64,000 nucleotides of DNA from an uncultured Acidobacteriota bacterium (GTDB taxonomy: Bacteria; Acidobacteriota; Vicinamibacteria; Vicinamibacterales; CAVVIG01), in contig CAVQFD010000005.1 in NCBI GenBank assembly GCA_963711795.1, positions 713,695 to 777,694 of the forward strand, written 5' to 3'. The position numbers were made by a program, and so were the translations under genes. Of the stretch, positions 1 through 9,882 are shown piece by piece (within the stretch, counting starts at the first letter, position 1; each line of letters starts with the position of its first letter). A model generated the notes under the pieces. The model saw only the letters and a program-made list of their open reading frames with translations, had not been told where the DNA came from and ran no database searches.

Positions 1-2367
1 GGCAGCACCGTGTTGACGAGCAGTGCGTACCCGCCGGTGCCGGATTGCCGGTCCGTGGCGTCGGCGTGGCCGTCCCGCCGGAAGACGTCGACGGCGAACA
101 GGATGAAAGCGGCAAACGACACGACGGCAATGGAGAGGACGCTGCGCGAAGGCCTGAACGACGCGTTTCGTCCGCCGAGCCGGACGAGGGGCCACCACCC
201 ATGTCCGCTCAGCGGCGAGGCAGACGGGCTTTGAAGGCGCGACGCGATTGCAGCGAGCGCGGCGCCGAGCAGGGCGCCGCCGGCTCCAAAGAACGCGCCC
301 GTCCGGCCAATCGTGCCGGCCGTGCCGAGGCCTATCAGGAGTGCGCCGACCGCGGCGAGAGCCAACGCCAGGATGGCCGGGCTCCGCCGTCGCGTTGTGG
401 CCGGTTGGCCGTCGCGATCCAGGGAGACCTGGCCGGCAAGCAGGCTCCGTTCCGAAATCCGCGCGAGCGACCGCAGCGTCCACCAGATGCACCCGAGGGC
501 CGCCGCGATGCCGCCGCCGGCGCCGATGGCGAGCGATATCGGTGAGACATGAAGGACGAGCGCGGTTGTTCCGACAGCGTCCACCCACCAGGTCCGAAGC
601 CCGGTCATCATGAGCTCGCCGTAGAGCACTGCACCGCTGATGCCTGCGAGGCTCCCGATGGTGGCGAGGAGCAGGCCCTCAACCAAAAACTGACGGCGTA
701 CCGTTGACGCAGAGAATCCGACTGCCCGGAGCAACCCGATCTCCCGGCCTCGTTGTTCGACGCCCAGCTTGAAGAAGAGCGCGGCGAGGAGCACGGCGGA
801 GATGACCAGGAAGAAGCTGAAGTAGGTGAAGTACTCGCCGAAGTCGGTCGCGCCACGAGAGGCGGCGAGGCCTTCTTCGCGCACGGCGCGCACGGCAAGG
901 CCCGCAGCCACCGGGTCGAGCCTGGTCCGCAGCGCCGCCGCGAATTGGTCGCGGGCTTCGGGAAGCGGTGTCCCTTTCGGTGCGACACGGATCGACGTCA
1001 GCTCGCCGTATCGGGATCGCCAGAGCACACGGCCGTCGAGCTCGGGGATGAAAGCTTTCGGTGTCGTCCTGAACTTCTCCCAGTAGTCCTCGTCGGCCGG
1101 GCGGACGCGCTTGAGATCGAGGGGGAAGGGTGGATCCCAGTCGGCGAAAGTGTCGGACCCGGTAATCCCGGGGAACTCCGGCGCCAGATCCCGGTCCGCG
1201 GCTGGCCCGGCCATAGGCACGATGGCCGCCAGCACGAAGCTCGCGCTCTTCGTGGCGAGCTGGCCCGGCTCCTCCCACACGAAATACTCGAGCGTGACCC
1301 GCTCGCCGACCTTAGCGCCCAGGTCCTTCGCGGCCCAGTCGTTCAGGATGATGGGTGGCAGTCCGCTTTCGGTCCGCCGGAAACCCGGAACGATCGTCTC
1401 GAGCTCGATCGCGGTGACCAGCGAGTACGGGATGGCGCGATCGCCGGTGCGGATGTCGTTGACGAGATAAGTCAGGACAGGCCGGCGCTCGCCGATGGCT
1501 TCAGCCGCCGACATCGCGGCCTCTTCCCGCGCCGTGTCGATCAGCGATCCGTTGGCCTCGAGCGCGACGACACCCTGTGCGTCGAGGACACGCAGCTTCA
1601 GGCCGATGTCCTCCAGCGCCGCATGCTTGCGCACGAGCGCCTGCAGGCGCTCCTCGCCCTGCCTGCCCCGCCTGCCCTGAAACGAGCATGACGTTGACGC
1701 GATCGGGCAGCTCGATCTCCTGTTGCAGCCTTGAGAGCGGCACGAAGACCGCGCGGACATCGCCTTGTTGAGGCTGGAGCGAAAACTCACCGAGCTCGGC
1801 GGCCGGGAGCACGGCGCTCAACTGCAGCCGTAGCGTCCGTCCGACATCGTCCTTCCGTCCGTGCATCGACTCGAGGGGAATGGCCGACGGCCGCTGGAAG
1901 CGGACGAGCACCGTGTTGCCGGCCTCGGCGTCAAGCTCGCGCGCGAGTGCCGGGCTGAAGAACGCCTCCCGGCCCGCCGGTCCGGTGCGCGTCGTGTCGT
2001 GGAACGCCCAGAATCGATCGTCCACGCCGTACACCGACACCCGCGAGGCCCGCCGGCCGCTCGCTTGATCGATCGCGATCCCGTCGACGACGACGAGTGC
2101 GGTCAGTTGGCCACCGGCCGCCGCAAAGTCCGCATCGGTGCGGATGTCGTCGGCCAGGGCCGCGCGGAAGAACTCCGGCGACACGACCGCGAGCTCGGTC
2201 CCGCCAAGCCGCTGGAGCACGAGGTCCCTCAGGCTCCCGCGAACCGAGTCCCCGACGAGCAGAGCGCCGGCCAGAACCGTCACCGCGATGGCGACTCCTC
2301 CCACCACGGCGAGATTTGTTCGCCAGTAATGGAGGAGGCTGCGACGCACAAGATCGACTGGCGTCAT
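1..2367 (-). CDS. ABC-type efflux permease, FtsX/MacB-like with two FtsX domains; 3' end runs off the window; one frameshift near 1660-1680
   Basis: ATG at 2367 gives MTPVDLVRRSLLHYWRTNLAVVGG. The listed ORF stops at 1501, but an adjacent minus-strand frame reads cleanly to position 1 (QGEERLQALVRKHAALEDIGLKLRVLD...DFGEYFTYFSFFLVISAVLL...GREIGLLRAVGFS...). It lies just downstream of an ABC ATPase. Confidence 0.8.
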
Positions 2368-2370
2368 CGT

Positions 2371-2523
2371 CGTCCTTGGGTCTTGGGTCTTAGTCCTTGG
2401 GCGGTGCCTGCTCCTTCGACCGTCCCTGGCCCTTGGCCTGATGCGCCGACCGCACGACAACCAGGGACCAACAGCCAAGGACTGCCAAGGCCTAAGGACC
2501 GCCGAAGCACTAAGGACCAAGCA
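2371..2523. repeat. ~150-nt imperfect palindrome of CCTTGG/CCAAGG/CTTAG words between the ATPase stop and the permease start
   Basis: Left arm is tccttgggtcttgggtcttagtccttggg. Right arm is ccaaggactgccaaggcctaaggacc...actaaggaccaagcactaag. Confidence 0.6.
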
Positions 2524-3186
2524 CTAAGCATCAACACGGTGCAGCTTCCTGTCCCCCAGCTCAAACCGGATGGCGCACCTCTCCGCAAGCTGAGGGCTGT
2601 GCGTCACGATGAGCAGGATCGCCTGCTGGCGCGCGTGCAGATCCAGAAGCACGCCAGCGACGGTGTCAGCGGATGCGCGATCCAGGTTCCCGGTGGGCTC
2701 GTCGCACAAAAGGAGCCGCGGTTGGCGGATGAGCGCGCGGGCGATGGCCGCTCGCTGGCGCTCGCCGCCGGAGAGCGCCGCCGGCCGGTGATCCGCGCGA
2801 TCGGCGAGGCCGACCTGTTCGATGAGTGCCTTTGCCCGGGCGGTGTCGTCGGCACGGCCGCTTGCCACGAGCGTTGGCAGGAGGACGTTCTCGAGCACGC
2901 TCAGCTGCGGCAGCAGACAGTGATCCTGGAAGACGAACCCGATCTTGTCGTTGCGGAAGGCCGCGAGGGCCTTTCCTTCGAGCGCTGCCGGGTTCTGGCC
3001 GTCGAGCGTGATGGTGCCCGACGATGGCGGCTCGAGAGCCCCGAGCAGATACAACAGGCTGCTCTTGCCGCTCCCCGAGGGTCCCATGATGGCCGCCGCA
3101 TCCCCCGCGGCGAGCGACAAAGACACATCGTCCAGGATCGCCAGCGGCCCGCGGGCCGTCGGATAGCTCTTGCTGACGTGGCTCAC
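2524..3186 (-). CDS. ABC transporter ATP-binding protein (LolD/MacB-type)
   Basis: Walker A GPSGSGKSS, signature LSGGERQR and Walker B LLLCDEPTGNLD are present. GTG at 3186 gives a 221-aa product; the upstream part of listed ORF 2524..3531 looks non-coding. Confidence 0.9.
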   Translation of the reverse strand: MSHVSKSYPTARGPLAILDDVSLSLAAGDAAAIMGPSGSGKSSLLYLLGALEPPSSGTITLDGQNPAALEGKALAAFRNDKIGFVFQDHCLLPQLSVLENVLLPTLVASGRADDTARAKALIEQVGLADRADHRPAALSGGERQRAAIARALIRQPRLLLCDEPTGNLDRASADTVAGVLLDLHARQQAILLIVTHSPQLAERCAIRFELGDRKLHRVDA

Positions 3187-3191
3187 ACTAA

Positions 3192-3231
3192 GGGCGGGTC
3201 GGGCAGGTGGGGCGGGTGGGGCAGGCACAAT
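3192..3231 (+). repeat. G-rich tandem word repeat (GGGCRGGTN)x4 in the glycosyltransferase/ATPase spacer
   Basis: Sequence is gggcgggtcgggcaggtggggcgggtggggcagg. The same word family occurs at 1656-1679, 41898-41934 and 62175-62244. Confidence 0.6.
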
Positions 3232-3235
3232 ACGC

Positions 3236-4574
3236 TCAGTGCGCGGCGACGCGCGGTGGGACGGCCGCAGGCTGCGGGCGTCCGGTGATGACATCGGTGT
3301 AGATCGCGACCAGCCTGGCACCGGATTGCTGCACCGTGTAGTGCTCGCGGACACCGGCCTGGCCCTGCAGGCCGAGGCGCGCCGTCCGCGTACGATCCCG
3401 CCAAAGAGCAGCAAGCCCCTCAGCCAGCGCGTCGCGATCGTCAGGCGCCACGAGCAGGCCTCCGCCGGTGGTCTCGACGACCTCCGTGAACGAACCGCGC
3501 CGCGGTTGCAGCACGGCGGTTCCGCTCGCAAGAGCCTCGAGCAGGAACAGGCCCTTGGGTTCGTCGTACGTGGCGGGAACCGAGAGCACGTCGAGTGCCT
3601 TCAGGAACGCGATCTTGCCGGGGCGGTCGACGACGCCGTGATAGGCGACGTCGGCGGACAGTCCGGCGCGTGCGATCTGCTCCTGCACGCCGGCCAGGTA
3701 GGGCTTGTCGGCTGCCGCCAGGTAGCCGGCGATGTCGAGGCGAGCGAGCGCCGAGGGTTCGTTCCGCCTGAAGCGGATGAACGCGTCCGCGAGGACGTGC
3801 AAGCCTTTCTCCGGGGCCACCCGTGCGAAATAGCCGACGCGGAAAGGATCGGCAGCGCGAGCCGGTCGCGGGCCGGCGAACTCGTCGGCACTCACGCCGA
3901 GCGGGACGACGGAAATCCTCTCGGCCGGAACACGTAGAAAATCAGCCATGAAGCGCGCGCTGTACTCGCTGACCGCGACGAACCGCGAGACTTCGCATGC
4001 GGCCTGCTTGCGGAGGAGGGCCATCGCCTTGGTTCGATACGGTTCGAGCAGCTGGCTGAGAAACAGCTCCTCGCCCGAAAGCGTGCAGCAGACGGGGCGG
4101 CCCAGCGCTTCGCGAAGCGGCCTCGCGAGGGCGATGAGGAGCGAGTTCGGCAGGTTGACGATGTCGGGCGCGGGTTCGCCACGGACCCAGTCGATGAGCT
4201 TTTCGAACTCTTTCCTGAGGACGCCGTCACGGCCCTCCAGCATGGAAATCGTCATGTCGCCGAGGAGCCTCGGGTCGGTCGAGACGGAGCGATCGGCGAA
4301 CGCACTGATGAGCCCCGGCCGGTCGAGCAGCTTGCTCAGGGAGGTGGGCAGCCGCCTGAAGATCGATGAGGACCTGCTGCAGGTAGACGTTGATCCCGCC
4401 AAAGAGGACTTCGGGCCTCGTGACGTTCCGCTCGTCGGTGATGAGCGGCGTGTAGAGCGGGATCAGCGTGACGTCGTGGCCGCGGGCCACGAGCTCGGCC
4501 GCGAGCGCGTTGTCGCGCAGGCAGCTGCCGCAATACATGCCTGCCGCCCCCGCGGCCAGCGAGAGAATTCTCAC
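3236..4574 (-). CDS. Glycosyltransferase family 4 (GT-B) with an N-terminal CxxC; one frameshift near 4375-4400
   Basis: The N-terminus MRILSLAAGAAGMYCGSCLRDNALAAELVARGHDVTLIPLYTP...GGINVYLQQ (ORF 4227..4574) continues in ORF 3236..4402 (SIFRRLPTSLSKLLDRPGLI...EPKGLFLLEALASGTAVL). Confidence 0.8.
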
Positions 4575-4652
4575 GCGATCGGATCTCCCGCCGGGTCCAG
4601 AAGGACCCGGCCTAAAGCGCGAGGGTCGCAGGGCGGGTCTTCTTGGACCTGC

Positions 4653-6077
4653 CTACACGGCCGCTGATTGAAATGCGCGCGCCCGGAACAGGAACTCCAC
4701 GATATTGCCCTCGTGCGGCTGGAGCCAGTTGAGCTGAATGGTCGGCACCGGCCCGATGTTCAGGCGATCGATGTGGACGGCATCGACAAGTGCGCGCTGG
4801 AACTCGGGCTTGCTCGTCACGGCGCTGCAGACGAGCGTTGGCCCGATCTTGTCGAGCATCTGCGCCTCGGGGCAATCGACCACCGTCACGAAGGGGAACA
4901 TGTACTCCTTCTTCGAGATGGCGGCGTCCGGCGAGTCGCAATGGACGACGGTGGGCAGCAGGTACTCGGCGCGCTCTTCCTTCACCACGCGGGATCCGTC
5001 GCGGTACTTGGCCGAGACCTCGGTGACGCCCGCCGTCTGGCAGTCCACGTCGATCGACTGCGAGATGGCGTCGGCGGTGCCGGGTATGGTGAAGGCGGCG
5101 AGGCTCGACTCCGGATTGTCCACCGGGAGCGGGCGCACGCCGCCGATCCGCTTGGCGATCGCATCCGCGATCTCGCGCCCGTGGCGGCTCGCCCAGATCC
5201 CGGAGCAGTTGATGCACCCCCGCCCGCTGTTCGCGAACACGCTGCTCACCATGATGTCCAGGTACTTCTCCCACTGATCCACCACATCGTCGCCCAGCAG
5301 GATCTTGGAGAAGCCGGGACCGTGTGCCTGGACGCGCGGATTGCCCTTGTACCGGTCGACCGTTGGCGTGCCGCCAAAGATCAGGCTCCGCGAGCAGCCT
5401 TCCAGCACCGCCGCGCCCACGTCGCCCTCGCCCGGGTAGATCGAGATGGCTTCGCGCGGGATCCCTGCGGCGAAGAACGCCTCGGCCATGCGGAACGGGG
5501 TCCACGGCTCCTGGGGCCCGGGCTTGAGGACCAGGCCGATCTGCATCGGGATGACGGGGAGCCACAGCGTGTGGACGCCGGGAGAATTCGACGGGAGCAC
5601 CAGGCCGAGAACCGGGCTCTCGGCCTGATAGCTGATCGGGACGCCGCGCTCCTCGCCGTAGCCGCGCGAGAGCACATTGAGATCGAGATCGCGCGTGAGC
5701 GAGGTGAGGATGCGCCCCATCTCGGCCAGTACGAACCCGTTCTTCTTCATGTTCCCGCGGCACAGATGCTCCGGGATGCCGGTCGTTCCCGATTGCGCAC
5801 GGGCGAAGTCGTCGGGCGACTGCACGCCGTCGCCCATCGGGAGCTCGGCGTTCATGTAGAGCTCGCCGGCTTTGCCGACGCGGGCGATCAGTTCCTCGAC
5901 GGGAATCGCGCGGAGCGCTTCGCGCGCGCGCTGCGCCTTCTTGATATCGCGTTGAATGAGGCCGCCGTTGGCCCTGCTGACGCGGGCAATGGGCTCGCCG
6001 GTTCTGAAGTGCAGAACCTGGTCGATGTCCATGCTCGTATACGGCTGGCCCCAGCGGAGGACAGGTAGCTGCACCAT
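4653..6077 (-). CDS. Aldehyde dehydrogenase superfamily protein (474 aa)
   Basis: ATG at 6077 gives MVQLPVLRWGQPY. The catalytic-Cys region is FANSGRGCINCSGIW. The frame is intact. Confidence 0.85.
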   Translation of the reverse strand: MVQLPVLRWGQPYTSMDIDQVLHFRTGEPIARVSRANGGLIQRDIKKAQRAREALRAIPVEELIARVGKAGELYMNAELPMGDGVQSPDDFARAQSGTTGIPEHLCRGNMKKNGFVLAEMGRILTSLTRDLDLNVLSRGYGEERGVPISYQAESPVLGLVLPSNSPGVHTLWLPVIPMQIGLVLKPGPQEPWTPFRMAEAFFAAGIPREAISIYPGEGDVGAAVLEGCSRSLIFGGTPTVDRYKGNPRVQAHGPGFSKILLGDDVVDQWEKYLDIMVSSVFANSGRGCINCSGIWASRHGREIADAIAKRIGGVRPLPVDNPESSLAAFTIPGTADAISQSIDVDCQTAGVTEVSAKYRDGSRVVKEERAEYLLPTVVHCDSPDAAISKKEYMFPFVTVVDCPEAQMLDKIGPTLVCSAVTSKPEFQRALVDAVHIDRLNIGPVPTIQLNWLQPHEGNIVEFLFRARAFQSAAV

Positions 6078-6104
6078 GACGAAAGCTAGTATAGTCGGAA
6101 CCAA

Positions 6105-7446
6105 ATGAGCGCTTCGCCGGCCGTCGACCGCACCGAAGTCGGCAACTATTTCATTGCCAACTACCCGCCGTTCTCGGTGTGGAAGCCCGAGGCCGTCGAT
6201 GCAGATGCGCTGCCTGCGCTGGCAGCCGCGCCGGCAGCCGGCACACCGCTCGGCTTGTACTCTGCACATCCCGTTCTGCCGGAAGCGTTGTCACTTCTGC
6301 TACTTCCGTGTCTACACGGACAAGAACGCCTCCGAAGTGCAGGGGTATCTCGACACGCTCGCACGCGAGTGGGAGCTCTACGCGGCACAGCCCGCCATCG
6401 CCGGCCGTCCGCTGAACTTCGTTTACTTTGGCGGCGGCACGCCGTCCTACATCTCCACGAAGCAGCTCGAGAGCCTCGTCTCACGCATGGACGCGGTCAG
6501 TACCTGGCGGCAAGCCGAGGAAATCACGTTCGAGTGCGAGCCTGGCACGCTGACGGAGGCGAAGCTGGCCGCCATCCGCAACATCGGCGTCACTCGCCTC
6601 AGCCTCGGCGTCGAGAATTTCGACGACCAGATCCTCGAGGCCAACGGACGCGCGCACCGGTCAGGAGAGATCGGCAAAGCCTACGCGTTCGCGCAGACGC
6701 TCGGGTTTCCGCAGATCAACATCGATCTCATTGCCGGCATGCTGGGCGAGACCGACGCCAACTGGCGCGAGTGCGTGCGGAAGACGATCGACATGGCGCC
6801 CGACAGCATCACCATCTACCAGATGGAGCTGCCGTTCAACACGACGATCAGCAAGAACCTTCTCGCCCCCGCCACCGGCGAAGCCCCCGGCGGACCCGGT
6901 GCCGCGGGTGGTGTGGCCAACTGGTCCACCAAGCGGCGGTGGGTGGAAGAGGCGTTCGAAGCGCTGGAAAAGGCCGGGTACCACATCGGATCGGCGTACA
7001 CCGCGGTGAAGAGCCCGGCGACGAAGTTCGTCTACCGCGACCGGCTCTGGCAGGGCGCGGACATGGCGGGGCTCGGCGTTGCGTCGTTCGGTCACATCAA
7101 CGGCGTCCATATGCAGAACCTCGACTCGTTCGAGGCGTATTGCGCGAGCATCGAGCAGGGCCGGATCCCGCTGGCTCGCGGCCTCCGACCCACCGCCGAG
7201 GAACGGCTCATCCGTGAATTCGTCCTCCAGCTCAAGCTTGGAAGGCTGACACCGTCGTACTTCGCTGCCAAGTACGGCGTGGATGTCGTGGACCGCTTTC
7301 AGGCGCCGCTCGCCTCGCTCGAGAAGGAGGGCTGGCTCCAGCCGGGCCGCGACCAGATCGCGCTCACCCGCCAGGGGCTCCTGCGCGTCGACAGCCTCCT
7401 GCCGCGTTTCTTCAAGCCCGAACACACCACGGTCAGATACACGTAA
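6105..7446 (+). CDS. Radical SAM protein, HemN/coproporphyrinogen-III-oxidase-like; one frameshift at ~6258
   Basis: MSASPAVDRTEVGNYFIANYPPFSVW...PLGLY (frame of 6105) joins LHIPFCRKRCHFCYF (CxxxCxxC cluster, frame of 6154). One extra base lies in ttgtac-t-ctgcac. Confidence 0.85.
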
Positions 7447-7511
7447 TCGCAAATCGTCGATCGCAAATCGCAAATCTCAGTCTGCTGGTTTGCGATTTCC
7501 AATCTGCGATG
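7447..7511. repeat. Word-repeat hairpin (CGCAAATCG words) between convergent genes; putative bidirectional terminator
   Basis: gcaaatcgcaaatc ... ggtttgcgatttcc form complementary arms. Confidence 0.6.
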
Positions 7512-8066
7512 TCAAAGGCTTCCCGGCCGCTGTTCACGCACAGTCTCGACGAGCACGTCCAGCAGGCGCCGCCTGTCGAGGAACTCGATGAGGTTCAGGA
7601 CTTTGACCGGCTTGGTCGTGCCTCCGATGTCGTCGATCGATAGCCGGACGTCATGTCCGCGCGCCTGGCAGCGCGCCTGAATGTCTGCGCAGAGCAGCTG
7701 CAGTTCTTCGAGCCCGTAGGCTCGCTGAATCACGTTGCGCAGCACGACCGGATCGACGCTCACTGCCGGTCGCGGTGATGAAGCGGCCGGGGTGCCGGTG
7801 GCCAGGGTGCGATAGTCGGGTAGCGCCCGAAGCGCGGCGTTGTTCGGACTTGCGGCAAGCGCGCTCTCGACAAGGGTCGGGAGGAGTCCTCGCGCCTCCG
7901 CGAACCTGACGACTGCGAACACCTGATTCGACAGGTTGCCGGAAGCGATTTCCGGGAGGTTCACGGCCATGCCGAAGCGAAGCATCCGATCCAGCTCTCC
8001 CTCGGTGGGAAAGGCGGAGAGCAGTGCCTTGTAGAGCGCCTCGAGTTGCAGGTTGTCGCTGGCCAT
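7512..8066 (-). CDS. Stand-alone protein made of two effector-associated-domain (EAD)-like helical modules; putative adaptor
   Basis: The N-half LEALYKALLSAFPTEGELDRMLRFGMAVNLPEIASGNLSNQVFAVVRFAEARGLLPTLVESALAASPNNAALRAL matches the EAD1 pattern as I recall it. The C-half VLRNVIQRAYGLEELQLLCADIQ...VKVLNLIEFLDRRRLLDVLVETVREQRP matches the module at the C-terminus of the upstream gene. Confidence 0.65.
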   Translation of the reverse strand: MASDNLQLEALYKALLSAFPTEGELDRMLRFGMAVNLPEIASGNLSNQVFAVVRFAEARGLLPTLVESALAASPNNAALRALPDYRTLATGTPAASSPRPAVSVDPVVLRNVIQRAYGLEELQLLCADIQARCQARGHDVRLSIDDIGGTTKPVKVLNLIEFLDRRRLLDVLVETVREQRPGSL

Positions 8067-8090
8067 CTAGGTCGTCCGACGCACTGGGGT

Positions 8091-8903
8091 CTATACGGCT
8101 TCGTCGGGTCGCAGCTCCCTGACCGAGCGCATCAACGACCCTACCTGGTTCATCCGCTCGAAATACGCGATGATCTCGATTGTCTTTGCAGCTTTTGTCG
8201 CCCCCGGCAGATTCTCATAGTCCACGCGCAGGTCGAAGCACAACGCCCGCAGTTCGTCGTCGTTGAACCGGGTTTCGAGGACTCGCCGCAGCTGACGACG
8301 GTCGAGCGCGGGTGCCGGTTCCGGTTTGGCCTGGGCCACGCTCGTCGGCGAGCTCCCCGTGTGCTCCCCTCCCGACCGCGAAGCCGGTTCGTTGCTGGCG
8401 CGGTGGCTTTCCACACGCGAGCGCCAATCGTCGAAAATGCCGCAGAATTCCCGGTCGGACGCCGCGGCCGTGGTCAAGCGCATCCGTTTTACGTACCAGT
8501 CGTACCCCGTCTCCAGGAGCCCTTCGGTCCGAAGTTCCTCCTGCACCAGCACCAGCAACGGCAGGCCCCGGGCATACGCCATCGCAGCCTCGATCTGATT
8601 CCAGACGGTGGGCAGGGCGAAGTCTGCCAGCGCCCGCTCGTTCTCGCTTCCCCGGCGGTCGATTGCCTGCACGACCCGCAGGCGCTCGAAGCCGACAATC
8701 GCGACGCCGGAACACTGGCTCATCAACTCGTCGATGGCCCTGAGCGGCTGTTGGCTGGACCAATAGTTTCGGCCGAGGGACTGCGGCGTCAGGCCATGGT
8801 CAATCATGTGTGCCTCAATGGCGCTGACAAACTCCTCCTGCTGCGGTGTCGACGTCCGTCCGACGCTCACGAACACTTTGATGCCCGGCATGGGGCCGAT
8901 CAT
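8091..8903 (-). CDS. TIR-like / nucleoside 2-deoxyribosyltransferase-like Rossmannoid domain fused to a C-terminal EAD-like domain; putative conflict-system effector
   Basis: N-terminal domain is IKVFVSVGRTSTPQQEEFVSAIEAHMIDHGL...CSGVAIVGFERL...LPTVWNQIEAAMAYARGLPLLVLVQE. A low-complexity linker follows. The C-terminus is LRRVLETRFNDDELRALCFDLRVDYENLPGATKAAKTIEIIAYFERMNQVGSLMRSVRELRP. The listed ORF starts at TTG 8930; ATG 8903 or 8891 is more likely. Confidence 0.65.
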   Translation of the reverse strand: MIGPMPGIKVFVSVGRTSTPQQEEFVSAIEAHMIDHGLTPQSLGRNYWSSQQPLRAIDELMSQCSGVAIVGFERLRVVQAIDRRGSENERALADFALPTVWNQIEAAMAYARGLPLLVLVQEELRTEGLLETGYDWYVKRMRLTTAAASDREFCGIFDDWRSRVESHRASNEPASRSGGEHTGSSPTSVAQAKPEPAPALDRRQLRRVLETRFNDDELRALCFDLRVDYENLPGATKAAKTIEIIAYFERMNQVGSLMRSVRELRPDEAV

Positions 8904-9063
8904 TGATCGAAGGCGCGGGCTGTTGTTCAAAATCCCGTCTGAAAGCGTTCTCTAAGATTGCCGAAGGGCGACGGGTTGGACTCCAGCCCTCAGCCCCGGA
9001 GCCCAGCCCCTCCGTGTAACGTCGGGGCCGGTGGATTCACCAGCTTCTGTCAGGGAGTTCGCC

Positions 9064-9306
9064 ATGCTGAAGGAAGTCTCGTCGGTCATTGCGACGGTCG
9101 CGGCAATCGGGGCGGTCATCATCGGCATCGCGGTGGCCTGGGAGCGGAACCAGCAGCACACCGACGATTTGGAACGCCGGATCGAGATTCTCGAGCGGGT
9201 TCTCTACGCCGAACACCCGGAGTACTCGCTGGCGCTCTTTTGGGCGACCGGGACGGAGCCCAACGGGTTGGGGAAGCAGCGAGCGGAATTGAGAACTAGG
9301 AAGTAA
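9064..9306 (+). CDS. Small single-pass membrane protein (80 aa), hypothetical
   Basis: MLKEVSSVIATVAAIGAVIIGIAVAW is followed by a charged helix. An agggag RBS-like motif precedes ATG 9064. The gene is divergent from the TIR-like/EAD gene. Confidence 0.4.
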   Translation: MLKEVSSVIATVAAIGAVIIGIAVAWERNQQHTDDLERRIEILERVLYAEHPEYSLALFWATGTEPNGLGKQRAELRTRK

Positions 9307-9330
9307 GAACTACGAAGTAAGAACTACGAA
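9299..9330. repeat. Short tandem repeat (GAAGTAAGAACTAC)x2 between convergent gene ends
   Basis: Sequence is ggaagtaagaactacgaagtaagaactacgaagg. Confidence 0.5.
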
Positions 9331-9743
9331 GGACGAAAGACTTCGAACCTGGAAGAGATGTCGGCGGGAATCGTCGTGGCTTTCATCGGCTCGCCCGGTC
9401 GGCGCGTCGCGCAGACTATGGTGAGCGAGCCGATGGCGAGGTTCTCGCCGTCCTTCGTCAACAGAGCCTCGTAGCGCAGCGACTTGTCCCGGAGTTCGAC
9501 GATTCTCAGGCGGACATCGAATTCGTCCTCGAAGCGCAGCGGCTTCCTGAACTCGAAGCTCGCAGCCACGCGAGGCCAGGTGATCTCGCGCATCCGGTCG
9601 TAGACCGTCAACCCCGCCGCCCGCCACATCGCGTGCTCGGCTTCTTCGACGTACTTGAAGAAGTTGGTGAAATGCACGATGCCCGATGCATCGGTTTCGG
9701 GAAACTGCACCCGCCGGCGGTAGACGAACTCGCTTATTGCCAC
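9324..9743 (-). CDS. Acyl-CoA thioesterase, 4HBT/YbgC-like hotdog fold
   Basis: MAISEFVYRRRVQFPETDASGIVHFTNFFKYVEEAEHAMWRAAG from a GTG start; 139 aa. Confidence 0.85.
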   Translation of the reverse strand: MAISEFVYRRRVQFPETDASGIVHFTNFFKYVEEAEHAMWRAAGLTVYDRMREITWPRVAASFEFRKPLRFEDEFDVRLRIVELRDKSLRYEALLTKDGENLAIGSLTIVCATRRPGEPMKATTIPADISSRFEVFRPS

Positions 9744-9882
9744 AGGTCGAATTGGGTGAATGAGTAAATGGGTAAATGAGTAATGGTTCGATCTGGTAAT
9801 TGGGTGATCTGGAAATTGAGTAATTGATCACCCAATTTCCAAATTCCAGTTACCCAATCACTCAATTACCAAATTACCCGAT
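9744..9882. repeat. 139-nt lower-GC word-repeat hairpin (AATTGGGTAA words) between ligase and thioesterase
   Basis: ggtaattgggtgatctggaaattgagtaattgatcacccaatttccaaattccagttacccaat; the two arms are complementary. Confidence 0.65.
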
